NCBI GenBank assembly: GCA_012295275.1
Contig: CM022672.1
Location: 620,001 to 684,000 of the forward strand
Source of the DNA: Chrysomallon squamiferum
Taxonomy: Eukaryota > Animalia > Mollusca
DNA: 64,000 nt
Direction: 5' to 3'
Made by a program: the position numbers and the translations under genes. Positions 1 to 13,922 of this stretch are shown piece after piece (the first letter of the stretch is position 1; each line of letters begins with the position of its first letter). The notes under the pieces are model-generated. The model ran no database searches and was not told the origin of the DNA. It saw only the letters and a list, made by a program, of their open reading frames with translations.

Positions 1-158
1 TCAGGACTTAGCTAAATATAGAAAGAAGACTTGGAATTAGGTACAGACAACCAGATTTAATTACTTTTAATTATGAAATAAGTGTTCTTACTGTGCTCTG
101 TCTTGTTTTAGCATGTTGAAATAAATTAAATTGTGTTGTGTATGTTAACTTATTTGTA

Positions 159-161
<3 letters not shown>

Positions 162-216
<55 letters not shown>
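162..216. repeat. (GT)n microsatellite
   Basis: Perfect dinucleotide run. Confidence 0.95.
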
Positions 217-221
<5 letters not shown>

Positions 222-1842
222 TATACCTGTGTACAAATGCAATAATACAAACTCAGTTAGCTAGTTAATTTTGGAATGTGATTATAACTAATAATATGTC
301 ATGTGTACGTATGTTTGTAGGTGTTTGTGTTTTTATATTATACCAGAATAAGTGTACTGATATTTCATAGTAAACTAATTTCACGTTGTGACTTTGTAAA
401 ATAATTTAAACACGTCTTAACTTTGTGACAAATTCCTTTTCTCTACATCTGTCACAGATTAATAATCACAGCAGCCGTCCTAATGGCTCCTTCTCGTCTG
501 AAGAGCGTGCTAACGTCATCGTTGCTAACAGATACTCAGTTAGCACAGATCAGTCCATAACACACAGACTGTGTTAAAATCTCTTCAGACTGAGCGTTGT
601 TAGCCTTAAGAAGCACGTGTTAAAAGTGTGACTTACTTTTAAGTATAGATTACTAATGTGACGATAATACACGTGATCAATTGAACAATTACTTTCCTTG
701 CTGCGTGTATTGATCTGTGGGAAGCATTTATCACTCGGTTTAGTGGAAAATAGCACTGGAAATGTTACTTGAAGAATTTATCATGTTTCACAGATATGGG
801 ACACAGAGTACAAATATGTCAGCAAATATAAGCTGCTCTCTACAGCAGTTTAACACTTGTAGTACTCAGTTTAGTTTCTCTTACTTTTTGTATCCATTAG
901 CATCGAGGAATCCTTTCAGATGCAGAACAGTACGTACCACAACATTAGATACACAGATCGGTCCATTACTCCGGATGGAACTTGAAACAGACGAATAAGC
1001 CACCAGTGTTCCTCAGTTCTAGAGCAAGAACATATCATTATGGGTTCTTTTCTGTTAGCCCATATTTAAAGTAAAAAAAAATAAAAATAAAAATAAAAAA
1101 AAAAAAAAAAAAAAAAAAGAAAGAAAGAAAGAAAGAAAAGGAAAAAAAGTGGGTTAAGGAAAGATGTACCAAGAATTAATTTTGGTATTTTAAATTCCAG
1201 CTGAGAAATATCAATACTGTCTCGACATTTGAGTCAGAAATATATTTTAATTATCACATCGTGATTTTCATGTTTGACGTCACAGCAGTGAGGCTGAACT
1301 ATTTTAAAATTATTAAAGTTCAGAGAAAGTCGATTATATCTGTACCCAAGTTTTATTCAAAACAGTATACTGTAATAGGTAGAATTTCCCTCAGTTACGT
1401 CAAAGATCTAATTTTACGACAATTCTATAACCGAACTTTTCGACATTGGATGTATTTTGGTTAATCATTTTTGTTACTTTTTTTTTTTCCAAAGTCTTAT
1501 TTATTATACTTTACTAATATAGGCTCAGATAATATCCTCATAAAATTAGACAACCACGAACAGTAATTATAGGATCTTACTGAACGTTCGTAAACCTCTA
1601 GTTATGCTTTTGTTGTTTTGTATTATATCTGTGTGTTTCTGTATGGACGTGATTGTCTGTGTACTTGTATTTTAAATTATATATATGTGTGTTTATGTAT
1701 ATATTTAGATAGATTAGTTGAATTTATTCATATGTGACCCGAATGACTTAATTATTTGTTTCAGTGGTATTTGTCTTTCTTTCTTTACTTACTTACTTAC
1801 TTACATATTTATTTATTTATTTATTTATTTATTTACACACAG

Positions 1843-2645
1843 GTAAAATCGTACCTTTCCTGGAGAACTCTTCCCTGCACTCGTCCATCCTCACTCTGCT
1901 CACAATCGGGTTTGAACGTTACTGTGCGATCTGCGACCCGTTCACTAAGCAGCGTGGTATTCACCTCTGTAAAACACGCACCAACATCATCGCCATCTGG
2001 GTCATGTCCTACGTCCTGTCTCTGCCTTTCATCTTCATGACGTCGTACGAAGACGCCGACTTTTACGACGGAAGCAAGGTGAAGGTCTGTCGAACCAAAA
2101 TGGACGACTTGGTACCTAGGATGTATATTATGTTTTTGTTCTGTATCATGGTGCTGTTGCCGCTGGCGTTGCTCACGTACATGTATTCGTCCATTATCTG
2201 GCAGCTGTCACGTCAGGACAGCGCTGCTACTGTTCCAGGAAGTTCTCAGAACAAACGAGCTTTGAGTTCTCGAAGACAGGTTGTCAGGATGATGGTGTAC
2301 ATCATAATCCTCTTCTTTGTGTGTCTCTTGCCTATCCGAGTCGTCATCCTCCTCATCGTGTTTCTCACCGCGGACACCATGCAGTCCATCGGCCTCGAGT
2401 CATATCTCAACATTCTCTCGTGCGTCCGAATCATGATGTACGTCAACAGCGCGGGGAACCCCATCATCTACGGCCTCCTGTCGACCAAGTTCAGAGACGC
2501 TTACAGGAAGACAATCCCGAGCTGCGCACAGCAGCGAGACTGCGAGGAGAAGAAAAACTTTCACACAGACGCGAAGAGGGAAACGCAGGGATTTACAGCA
2601 CCAGTGCAAGTCGCTCTGGAAACCATGGACGGGACTCCGATATGA
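1843..2645 (+). CDS. Last coding exon (TM3-TM7 and C-terminus) of a class A neuropeptide GPCR, ecdysis-triggering-hormone-receptor/PRXamide-receptor-like; the TM1-TM2 exon is not in the window
   Basis: Acceptor ttatttacacacAG|GT AAA ATC (AG at 1841-1842, phase 1). Translation (C)KIVPFLENSSLHSSILTLLTIGFERYCAIC has the ERY motif. ECL2 DADFYDGSKVKVCRT resembles insect ETHR 'AEYxDGSxVxVCLT'. TM7 YVNSAGNPIIYGLLSTKFR carries NPxxY. Stop at 2643-2645. Confidence 0.9.
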
Positions 2646-3197
2646 ACATTCCTCCTCACTCACAAACAGTAACAAACGTGTTCTGTTAATTGATATAAGT
2701 TATTTGTTTTCTATATTTGAAACTGGAGAATTGGAAACAATGTTTTTTTTAATTACTAAAACGAAACATTTTTATCTCAAAGTACTTCCAGATTGTTCAT
2801 GATACGTGATATCCTCCACACATCAGTAAACATGATGTTTGTAAATAAATGTTTGATGCCGTACACCGATTTTAAACATTTGTAAAGTAGGTCACCGAAA
2901 ATCTGATCGATATTTATTTGACGTAATAAAAACGTCTAATGTATAATGTTAAACGTCGAGAAGTGAAACCCGCTAAGAGATGTTTTAATTAAACATTCTC
3001 ACTGAACATGGATTTTACAAATACCGGTCGTGCAAGAGCGGCACGAAATAACGAAGTTTGTATATCTACCAATGTTTTTCTCACTTCCTTTTACAGAACG
3101 TAATACAATTTACAATGTAATATGAAATTATAATATACAACGTAATACAACATATAATTTATAATGTAATATGAAATATAATGTGTGTGTTTGTTTG

Positions 3198-3243
<46 letters not shown>

Positions 3244-5307
3244 AATGTACAATAGATGCAATGTACAATGTGATACAAAATGTAATATACGATTTACTAT
3301 ACAAAGTTATGTCAGCGGCACTAGTAAATAAATAATAAGTCACAAATTATTTTTTTTAGTTTTATTTTTATTTTTGTTTCTATTTATTTATTTATTTATT
3401 TATTTATTACGTATTATATTTTTTTCTTTGCTTCTACATAAACCATTACATTTGATATTACTACTATTACAACTATGAGAGGACAGAATCCGAACGACAT
3501 TTTGTGTTAATAAAAAAAAAAAAAAAAATCCCAGTTAATGATTTTTATACAGTTTTATGTAAATTTACTTATAATACGTCTCTGGTAAAGCAGCACGACA
3601 AAAATCTACCCAATCTGTGAACTAACACGTACAAAAAAACCTGACTGTTTTCTTTTGTGCTAAACAATACAACTCATCCTTAGCTCATCTGTAGTCTGTT
3701 TTAAGTTGTGAAGGTACAAGCTAATATATATATATATATATACATACATACATGTGCACACATACACACACACAGATATAGATATATACACACACACACT
3801 CAGACTTATAATATCTAAGTATCTTGGCGGGACACAGGAGAGTTTTTGATATGCATGACGGTTTTTTTAAACACAAGAAACGATCAATATCTTTAGTTGT
3901 TTGTAAATTTAATAAAAATGTTCAGAGGCACGAGTCTGTGTGTGTGCAAAGAGGAAATCTAATCACTACTAAATCCTGCTGAAAACGTCTAATGTTTCTG
4001 AAATCAGTTCGGGTTTGCTCGACTCGGGTGTTGTGCCTCGAGCTTTTGCCTGGATGTGACTGTTTAATCACAAACAAAAACATCTATTTTAAAAATAATG
4101 CATAAAAACAATCAGCACAACCTGTACTAATATTACAGCCCCGTGTTTTTTTTTTTTTTTTCTTTTTCTTTTTATATTGTCTGTTTTTATTTATATTTTT
4201 GTGAAATAGAGTTTTGGGGTCTTTTTTTTGTGATTAAACAAGATACATCACTATCTAGTGATCTGTAATATTACAATTAAAAAAAATGTTTAATGGAAAA
4301 TATTGAAAAAAATGTTCATCATTTTGCGGAACAATTTTTTTAATTCATTATACAACTTGTAATACATTTTGTGTTCATTGATGTATGTAAAGACAATGTT
4401 ATTTTCTTTTTATCATTATACTAAGAAAATTGCGTTTTTGTTTTCAGTCACACATCTAAACAGAACATTCCCAGATAACAGAAATGTCTGATTGAAAGCA
4501 AATGATTTGAAAGAGAAGATATACACTTTTCATTTTATCACCTGAGAAACATCGATAACCAACTCGTTTCTTTGTTTATTTTTTTTTTTTCATTTATTAT
4601 TATTATTATTATTATTTTTCTTCTTCTTATTATTTTTAGTATTATTATTAATGTTGTTGTTGTTGTTGTAGTTGTTGTTACTGGGTTTAGTTTAAGTTAT
4701 GTATATATTACAAATTTTACAGAAAGTTTTTCTTATAAATAAATCATTATTTAAGTTTTTGAATAAGGGATGCTAGTCCTGTGTTTATCATAAAAATCTT
4801 TAATTTTAAATTGCATTCAGTCGTTTAAAATTTTAAAGTTTATTCAGACACACGTGGTTGCTGACGTATGAGTGACGTCATCCTCCATCGCTACGATCAC
4901 AACTCTCATCGTTCGACAGCAAGGAGTCTTTTAAAAACATTTTCCAACAGCAAGAAAAGAATACGCGACTAAATCGTTTCAAGCGCTCTGGTTGGAATGA
5001 GAAAAACCTCCAAGAACATTTGAGCATTGAGCATATGAACCATCAAACAAAGGTTGTAACCACTGAACTGAAACCCGATCTTTTTCTCAAAGAACAGTGT
5101 TAAAGTGAATGTTTCTTTTATTTAATGAAATGACGTGTTAATGTTCTATCATCGATTACAGAATATTAGAAAATACTGATGAATTTTTTTAGAAGAAACC
5201 CACAGTGGATCTCTTAAATACATTTTTTTTTCAAACAAAACAGCCTGTGTCATGAGATTTGTTCTTGTATTATTAAAAATTGTTCAATCAATATAGGATT
5301 GGATAAA

Positions 5308-5375
<68 letters not shown>

Positions 5376-6462
5376 CTTGCAAAATTAATATCTATGACCA
5401 ATAAAGTTAAATCATTAATAATCATTGGGCAAGACTTGGATAATACTGACGTCTGATTGGGTCGCCGGTGCTGAACAGTTGGTTCATGATGTTTAGCCAT
5501 AGAGGTAACCTGGTATTTATTCGGATCCTGTCTGAAGAAAAGTAATTTGAATATGTGACTCTAAGATGGGATTTTCTTCATCCTACACGGTTTAAGAGTT
5601 GTTTTGAGTTCTGACTGGTTGGTTTAGTAACTGTTACAGTTAATCGAGATGTAGCTGAACCGTTTGGACAAATAGAACGTTATTGGTTTACGTTCTCTCT
5701 CTACTAATCACTTTGTAGCAATACAGAAAACAAAGAACAACAGTTGTTAATTTAGTGAAAAAATGTAATTTTCAGAAACACAACATACAGAATTCACATA
5801 CTAGACGATGATAATAGAATATTTAAATATGAGAATGGTTACACAGTGAGATTTGTATTTCTACAGAAAGGTATTCAGTGAAAAATAGCTGTAAACATAA
5901 ATGTTATTTTCCTTGTCAAGATGCTATACATTATAAAATGATGTTTATTTGACAAAAATATAAATAGAAACAGTGAAAGATTCAGCCGTTAGCAGAGAAA
6001 AAAAAAGTATCAACTGTTTTTATCAAATTTTATAAATAGATTGAGAATATTTTTTTAAAATTCTGAGCATAAAATGAAATTTATGCAAAACAAAGTGAAA
6101 AGTGTAAGACATTATTAATTATGCTGCTCGGAATTTCAGTTAAAGGATTCTCAGCCTGTTCCAGTGTTGATATTTCACCTTTCATTTCACAATCTCTCTT
6201 TTACTTGCATTCATTTACTCACTTGCTCACACATCACTCACACACACATACTCACATTTATTCAGCTGTCAGAGAGAACTAGTTAAAATATTATAGTATT
6301 TCAGAAGTCGGATTAAATAAACTATTGCATTTTTAACACATAGAAGTTAATTCTTGTGTTGTTGTTGTTGTTGTTATTATTATTATTATTCTAAATATAC
6401 TTGTAACGTACAGGACACATAATGTTGATAAAGGGTATTAGGATACGCACTAAGTTTCTCGT

Positions 6463-6521
<59 letters not shown>

Positions 6522-7260
6522 CAATGACGATGACGATTACAGTATTTATACCAGACAGGAAATCTTTATGATATATATTTATCAAATTCATATAAAGCTT
6601 ACAACATTTAGAAAACAAACATTAATAACAGACGAACTGTATTACTCCAGCATTATTAACAGTGATGGATCAGTGTACATATTGCTATGTTTCAAATAGC
6701 ACTTTCATAATCTGTCATTACTGGTATAAAAGATCTGTTAGTGTGAACCCAGGACAGGCGTACTTGAACGAAAAATGTTTCAGATGAATGTAACTATTAA
6801 TGTTTTGTCAATGACAGAACTGCATGAAGTGTCCTGCTGACAGCAGTTCACAAACATGACAAAAAATAACCTGCACAAGTTTGATTTATTATTTTTAAAC
6901 GCGTAAATTCAAGAATGTCGTTTGTGAGAGTATTCAGATATAAATATGTTACAGATTAAGTTTTTTTCTTTTCTTATTTTTTTGACGGTACGTCGAGATT
7001 TTCGGTAGCTGCCAAATGACACTAATATCATCAGTGTCATCTTTATCTAGTATACAACCACTGCCGATAGATTCTCTAGTTCACTGGTAATTGATATTAC
7101 ACATCACTATTGTCGAAATGACTCCCTAATGTCGTATATCGCTCCTGTCGACTGCTTTTTCTAATGTCATTGAACTCAACATATGTCACTAACGCTGATA
7201 TGTGTCATTAACATGAAACAGTGTCACTAATGTATTTATAAAACCGCTGTAGTAGACTGT

Positions 7261-8048
7261 TTATCTTCGCAGACTACGCAGTAGAAACTGGTTTTGCACG
7301 TCGGGAGGAAACCTGGGCGGAGAACCCGTCCTGGGCGTGAACGAACCGCGCCTTTCCATCTGAGTGTTGCAGCTGGGCAGGGAACGACTGAACGCACTTC
7401 GGAACTTGGTGGAGATAAGGCCGTAGATGAGCGGGTTGCCGGCGCTGTTGACGTACGCCAGAATCCTCGACAGCGACAGAATGTTAAAGTAAAACTCCAT
7501 CCCCATCCACTCGATGCTGGTCGACGGAGTAAACACCAGCCACAAGCCGACAATTCTGATTGGCAGGAGTGAAACAAAAAATAAAATCACTATGGAAACC
7601 ATCATGCGCACAACCTGTTTCCGGGAATGAATGGCTTTTACATTGGTGCTTTCCCCTGGCGAGGTTTCGTGGTTCAGTCTGAAGAGCTTTTTGATGATGG
7701 ACATGTACATGAACGTCAGCATACACATGGGCAGCAGGAAGAACACACAGAACATGAGGACGACGTACAGCTTCGGCAGCGTCGTCTCCATCTTTGTACG
7801 ACACACCTTCACTGCAGAGCCGTCGAAGAACTCAGCATCCTCCAGTGACGTCATGAAAATGAAGGGTAGTGACAGAATGAATGCAGACAACCAGATGCAC
7901 GTCACACAGACAGCCGTGTTGCCAAGGAGACACATTCTCTTGTCACTGAGTGGGCGACATATCGCGTAGTACCTCTCCAGACCGATCGCTAACAGAGTCA
8001 GCACCGAGGAATGTAGGGACGCGTGTTCGAGAAACGGTACCAGCTTAC
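7261..8048 (-). CDS. Coding exon 2 (TM3-TM7, C-terminus) of a second ETHR/PRXamide-receptor-like GPCR
   Basis: Acceptor tttatttttcAG|GT AAG CTG (AG at 8050-8049, phase 1). Motifs KLVPFLEHASLHSSVLTLLAIGLERYYAIC, DAEFFDGSAVKVCRT and YVNSAGNPLIYGLISTKFR. Clear paralog of 1843-2645. Confidence 0.92.
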
Positions 8049-11026
8049 CTGAAAAATAAACAATTGTTAACATTTGTACATTTGTTTCAGCTACGCTGTG
8101 ACAGTCGTATGTTACAACAACACTGTTACAGTCATCACTACTACGACTATAATGTTACCAATTTGTCGTATCAACTTAGACTACTAGTTTAACTATTACC
8201 AACACTTCTACACTACTACATCTGACATCGCCATATCCTCATCCATTATTACTAAAATCACACTCATCACCATTACTAACCCCACTCACACTACCACTGC
8301 TACTACTACAACAACTATTATAACAGAAAAACTAATTATTTTAGAACACTGCAAACCACATTTAATCTTGATGTGTGGGATAACGTGTTATAAATATCTG
8401 AAGACCTATCTTTTAATCTTTGATTTTTTTTCTATAATTAGATTTTTTTCTGGATTATATGGATGGTAGAGTTATACAGATTATATAGAATAATTCGTGA
8501 TGTTTTACAAGTGGAGTAAAATGAGGCTAGTTCAGTAAAATGGCATGACGACACGACATTTTCAAAGAGTATCTGAAATTACACGCAATACAGCTCATTA
8601 TACTGATTTAACAGGAACATATATATTTTACAGTACACTGCATAGACAAACACTAAAACACAGACAGACGACATCATTAAAAATAATGATATAGTCATGA
8701 TGATATCTATTCATGACCAGATTTAACAAGTGAATTCCAAATTTGTTTCACCGTTACATAAACACGCTTTTAAACTTGGACAGAAGAAACCAAGCTGTGT
8801 TTTAAAGAGACTGGTATTTAACTCATTTTGAAAAATCACTGGTGCTTAGTTTAACGTAACATCTGATGACATTACTGAACAAAAATAATGTTTACTGGAA
8901 ATCATGGTAGTGGAAGTTCGCTATTGCCAAACCATGAAATAATTCTATTGACACAAATATAACGGACACCATATCTCAAACTTTTATCTTCTATTTGCTG
9001 TCAAAAAGATGGAAATAAAACTGGTTCTATGCCCTGTTTTTGTAAGACAAACATCATTTCACTATGCTAAAACATAATAATCGTATAAGCATGTCTGCAT
9101 ATTTTCCTGATGAAATTGCCAGTTTTCCTTTTTTCACCCTTACATTTAAAATTCATAATATTCAAATTAAAAGAAGATAGTAACCAAAAAAAAATAAAAA
9201 TAAAAATAAAAAAAATAAAAAATAATATGAAATAAAAATATCACAACAAAAAGCCAAAAACCAACAACAAATGTAAATGACGTAAATCGTTGGGAGCCTA
9301 GATACCAATTATTGTCGCCAAGGTATCCGCTTAACTGGCAAAATGATGACAGTAATATGATCTAAGAGACCCGCTTGAAGACATGGCATAAAAAAACAAG
9401 AACGATATAACCCTGAGCGGAAACGTTTTCATAAATTACACGCTAAGTGCTGTTAGTATATGTGCTGACTTGAACGAAGCTCATATAATGTTCAAATAAT
9501 GTGTGAAAAAAACCTCTTTGTACAAAGTAAAACGTAATGTCTGTTTTTAAATAGACATATCTATTAACGTAACATTTATTATAAAAATAGATCTACCTGT
9601 AACTTTAACTTAACAGATGTCTATATTAATATAACATTATTTTTAAATGTATCAATCTGTAACATCGACATAACACTTACGATAAATTGTCCGTATGTCA
9701 CATCAATACAACGTTTATTTCATATAGATTTATCTGTAACATATTAAGATAGCAATTAATTTAAACAGATGTTTTTGTAACATTAACATAACCGTTTTAA
9801 AATAGATCAGTTTGTAAGGTGTTAACGCAACAGTTATTTCAAAATGAATTTGACATAAAACGTAACAGTTATTTTAAAGAGATCTATCAGTAACGTTAAC
9901 GTCAGTTATTTCAGATAGATTCATCTGTAATATATTTACATCACAGTTATTTTAAATATATTTGTCCGTAGAATATTAATATAAGTTACTTTAAATAGCT
10001 CTCATCTGGGATCTGGCGACATTTCTCTAGTCTAGTACGGCTGTGTCATTTATAAATTCATGTTTTGCTAATCGCTTTCTGCTAACAACCGGGTTGTCTG
10101 CGAAACAAGAATTGGCTGATTGACAGAAATGATTAAATTATTGACAACGTACTGAAACTTATAAAAAAAAATAAATAAAAAAAAAAATAAAAAAAATAAA
10201 AGAAAAACGTAACATAAAAATAGAAACTAACTAACATATTAAAGTGTTCTGTTCAAATTCATCAGTTCTTATATTTGCCTTTTTTAAATTTATTTTGTTC
10301 AGCATGTCTTTCTTTCTTATTCACCGTATTGTGCTTCTTTAGAATTATATGATACAATGTTGTTATTATAATTATGTAATGTTGTTATTATATGATACAA
10401 TGTTGTTATTATAATTATGTAATGACTTTGACACATATTTGACATTCTAATTTTATTATGTATATTTTCATAAAATATATAAGATGAAGCCAAGTTTTGC
10501 ATTTTAAAATCACATTTTTATTCTTTCATAATTTAATAAATTAATAAATAAATAAATAAATAATTCTGGTTTTCGTTGATCCAGTCTTTATATCTGATTT
10601 AAATTTATTTCTAAATCTTCAATTTTTATTGTTTTTTAATTTTGTTTCTAAAAATCCACTATTCGAACAGTAATCTGAATATTGCACGTAAATCGATGTG
10701 CTGGGTCCTAGATTCCCGCATATGTCAGGGCCGTATGTGTCCCAGCTTATCGTGAGTCAGACTGTAACCGGAAACTTATCTACGCATGTGCAACACTGTC
10801 ACATGTAATCCCTCCCTCGCCTTCCTTTGATTACGCGAATGTCGTCAAAGCCACAGATTTTGAAAAATGATGACGACTTTGGCCCCTTGTAAAGACCTGA
10901 CTGATATTTTTAGAAATGCATATTAATTCTACTTACATTGTGCAAACTATGAAAATACGAAAACAACTGCCATTTATGCTATAAAATAGATATATGTATT
11001 TTTTTTTGTGTGTTTAGAATACTTAC

Positions 11027-11486
11027 ACATTGCTTCTCCAAGAAGCCAGCGATCTTGTCCAAAAAATTCCAACATGGCCGACGGCTGACAAATGACCAGC
11101 ACGAGCAAATCCGCCACGCTGAGGCTCATCAGGAAGTAATTGATGCGCGAGCGCATGGCTTTCATCCGGGCTATCACCTGAATCACCATGATGTTACCCG
11201 CCACACCCACAAGAAATATAGCTCCGTTTAATACAGATACGTAAAATAGTAGGTAGAACGGCATCTCAATGATATCACGTGATTGGCTGGAAGTGTTAGT
11301 GTGTATGACGTCACTGGTGACGTTACAGCATTGTGGTGATACGTCACTGAAACTAGACCTTGGAAAGCTGTGCAGACTCTCTCCTACAAGTCCTGACTCT
11401 ACGACAAAGTTTGTGTGACTTACGTTTTCTGCGTGAGAGAAAAACTCCATTTTGTGAAAACTGTTGTAAAACTCGAAATGGTACAT
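11027..11486 (-). CDS. Coding exon 1 (N-terminus, TM1-TM2, ECL1) of the minus-strand GPCR; joined to 7261-8048 it gives about 415 aa
   Basis: GVAGNIMVI (TM1 GN), NYFLMSLSVADLL (TM2 LxxxD) and WLLGEAMC. Donor ATG T|GTAAGT (11026-11021) is phase 1 and rebuilds T|GT = Cys of 'MCKLVPFLE'. N-glycosylation sequons NVS, NVT, NTS in the N-terminus. The true start could be the second Met. Confidence 0.9.
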
Positions 11487-12099
11487 ACTATGCTAATATT
11501 TCATAGGTTTACGTCATCTGAGTAGTTCTGTAAATGGACTGTTTAGATTAGTGAGCTTACAAGTAGACGTTTACATTAATCATGCAAACACACCTTTTAC
11601 AGTAGTCGTAGAAATAGCTCACTGACACCAGTCCTGTAAGAACACCATTTACTTGAGTCCCACAAGAAAAAAAATCGATATTAAAAGTCCTCTTAAGAGA
11701 AGACCGTAAGCATCAGATCCGCAAGTACATAGTCTATCAGACTTCACTGGACACTTATTTCAATAAATCTCCACTGTTCATACCTTCCATTGTCCTGTCA
11801 AAGTCACTGAAAACACGAATACCTTTTCTGTAACTGACGAAATGCTGTTTTCAGAAAATTACTGACAAAAAACAGACTGTCCAGTAGTGATCATAAAAAC
11901 AATATTTAAAAATTCAGAATTATTCTAAGCCTTAAACGAATTGCTATATAAAGGCCTGCTAAAACGAGAAAAGTTGACATTACTACGAGTTAGGATTTCA
12001 GCCTGACGAGTATTCCCACAAGACAAGACGAAGTAACAACTCTTCGCGCTGACTCGGTTCATGAATCGTTTTTCTCTTATCTTAGTAGAGAAATATAAC

Positions 12100-12580
12100 T
12101 GTATCACTGTGTGCAGTAACAACAGCTGTATCACTGTGTGCAGTAACAACAGTTGTATCACTGTTGATGTAAGAACGTTAGTAACAACAGCTGTATCACT
12201 GTTGATCTAAGAACGTCTGTTTTTAAATCAAGTTTGTGTCACTGTTGATCTAAGAACGTCTGTTTTTACATCAAGTTTGTGTCACTGTTGATCTAACTAC
12301 CTCTGTTTTTAAATAAGTTTGCACCACTGTTGATCTAAGAACGTCTGTTTTTAAATCAAGTTTGTGTCACTGTTGATCTAAGAACGTATGTTTTTACATC
12401 AAGTTTGTGTCACTGTTGATCTAAGATCGTCTGTTTTTAAATCAAGTTTGCACCACTGTTGATTTAAGTATATCTGTTTTTACATCAAGTTTGTGTCACT
12501 GTTGATTTAAGTACTTCTGTTTTTACATCAAGTTTGTGTCACTGTTATTTAAGTACTTCTGTTTTTACATCAAGTTTGTG
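12100..12580. repeat. Minisatellite, ~43-bp unit (about 9 copies), preceded by shorter related units
   Basis: cactgttgatctaagaacgtctgtttttaaatcaagtttgtgt recurs at 12197, 12240 and onward. Confidence 0.9.
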
Positions 12581-12998
12581 TCTGTGTTTTGACAAATAAT
12601 TATCTGGTACCCACATGTTTGACAACAGCTGTTGTTTTTACAGTTGACTTACTCTCCGTCACTGCTGTACTAGAAATGACGTGCACTGTTTTTTTTCTAT
12701 TATATCGCTGCTGAGAGTTGACTAGCACCGTTTGACTGCTGTTTTACTGGTATGGAATTGAAGGAGACGGTTTCGCCCACCGCTCATCGATTGTGATTAC
12801 AGGGTTACGTAGACAGAGAGAGAACTTGATAAACCCATGTTGTGTCACTCGGTTCACACTCTCGTTTTGTTCACCTGAAAAAAATAAAACAAAACAAAAA
12901 TTAGACATAGAAAGTTTGTGTGTATGTCAGTGTGTGAGAAAGAGGACAGAGAAAGAAAATTAAAAAATATACATACATACATACTTAATACTTAATAC

Positions 12999-13098
<100 letters not shown>

Positions 13099-13842
13099 AA
13101 TTCAATGTTTATGTGATACTGGTTGTATTAATGACAGAAATGATTTTGAGTATGTCAGAATGGAACACAGATATAACATTTGAATAAAAAAGTGTAATAA
13201 ATGTTTAATAAAGTTAGTAGAGTAATGTGTATTAAACTTTAAAAAAGTGCTTACGTGAGCTCAGTTACTCAAATGTTTATGCTGTCTTTATTAAAATTTC
13301 AATAATACCGCTTACCGTAAACGTGCAAATAAATATTTTTCTGCAGTTTTAAATAGTTACGCCAAGTTAGCATTTGTCTTGTAAACATTTATCTCTCTCT
13401 CTCTTTCAGTCTATTTGTGTGCGTGGAGTGTGCGTGTGTCTGTGGGTGCATGTATCTCTATATTTGAGTGGTAGTGTCAGTTGCTTGTTTTTTAAATGTA
13501 CATATGATCGACTGTTACTAATATCACTGATGGTGTTACAGATATCGTATTTTAATTGCCGCAGGTTTTATTCTCAGTTATTTGTTATTTCTTAAATAAA
13601 TGAATTTCAACTTAAAAAACGACAGGAAACTTCAAGTATGACAAATCATAGCATTATCAAAATAACATAACATTAATTTAAGATAATGCGAGTTGTAAAT
13701 TTAAAACCAGTTTTATGTAAAAATCAGGTTTTTATTTATTTATTTATTTATTTATTAATTTATTAAATAATATTTATTTATTTATTAAATTAATTAATTT
13801 ACTTATTTATTTATTTTAAAACATAATTATAGTTATAATTAC

Positions 13843-13922
13843 AAACACTATTATTTAGTTTTTACTGTGTTTCTAAAGGAAAGCAAACACTATTATTTAG
13901 TTTTTACTGTGTTTCTAAAGGA
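13843..13922. repeat. Direct duplication of about 40 bp
   Basis: caaacactattatttagtttttactgtgtttctaaagga occurs twice in tandem. Confidence 0.85.

Noticed and set aside
2246-7969. Overlapping and antisense ORFs at the GPCR exons
   Set aside because: Shadow frames of GC-richer coding sequence with no recognisable motifs.
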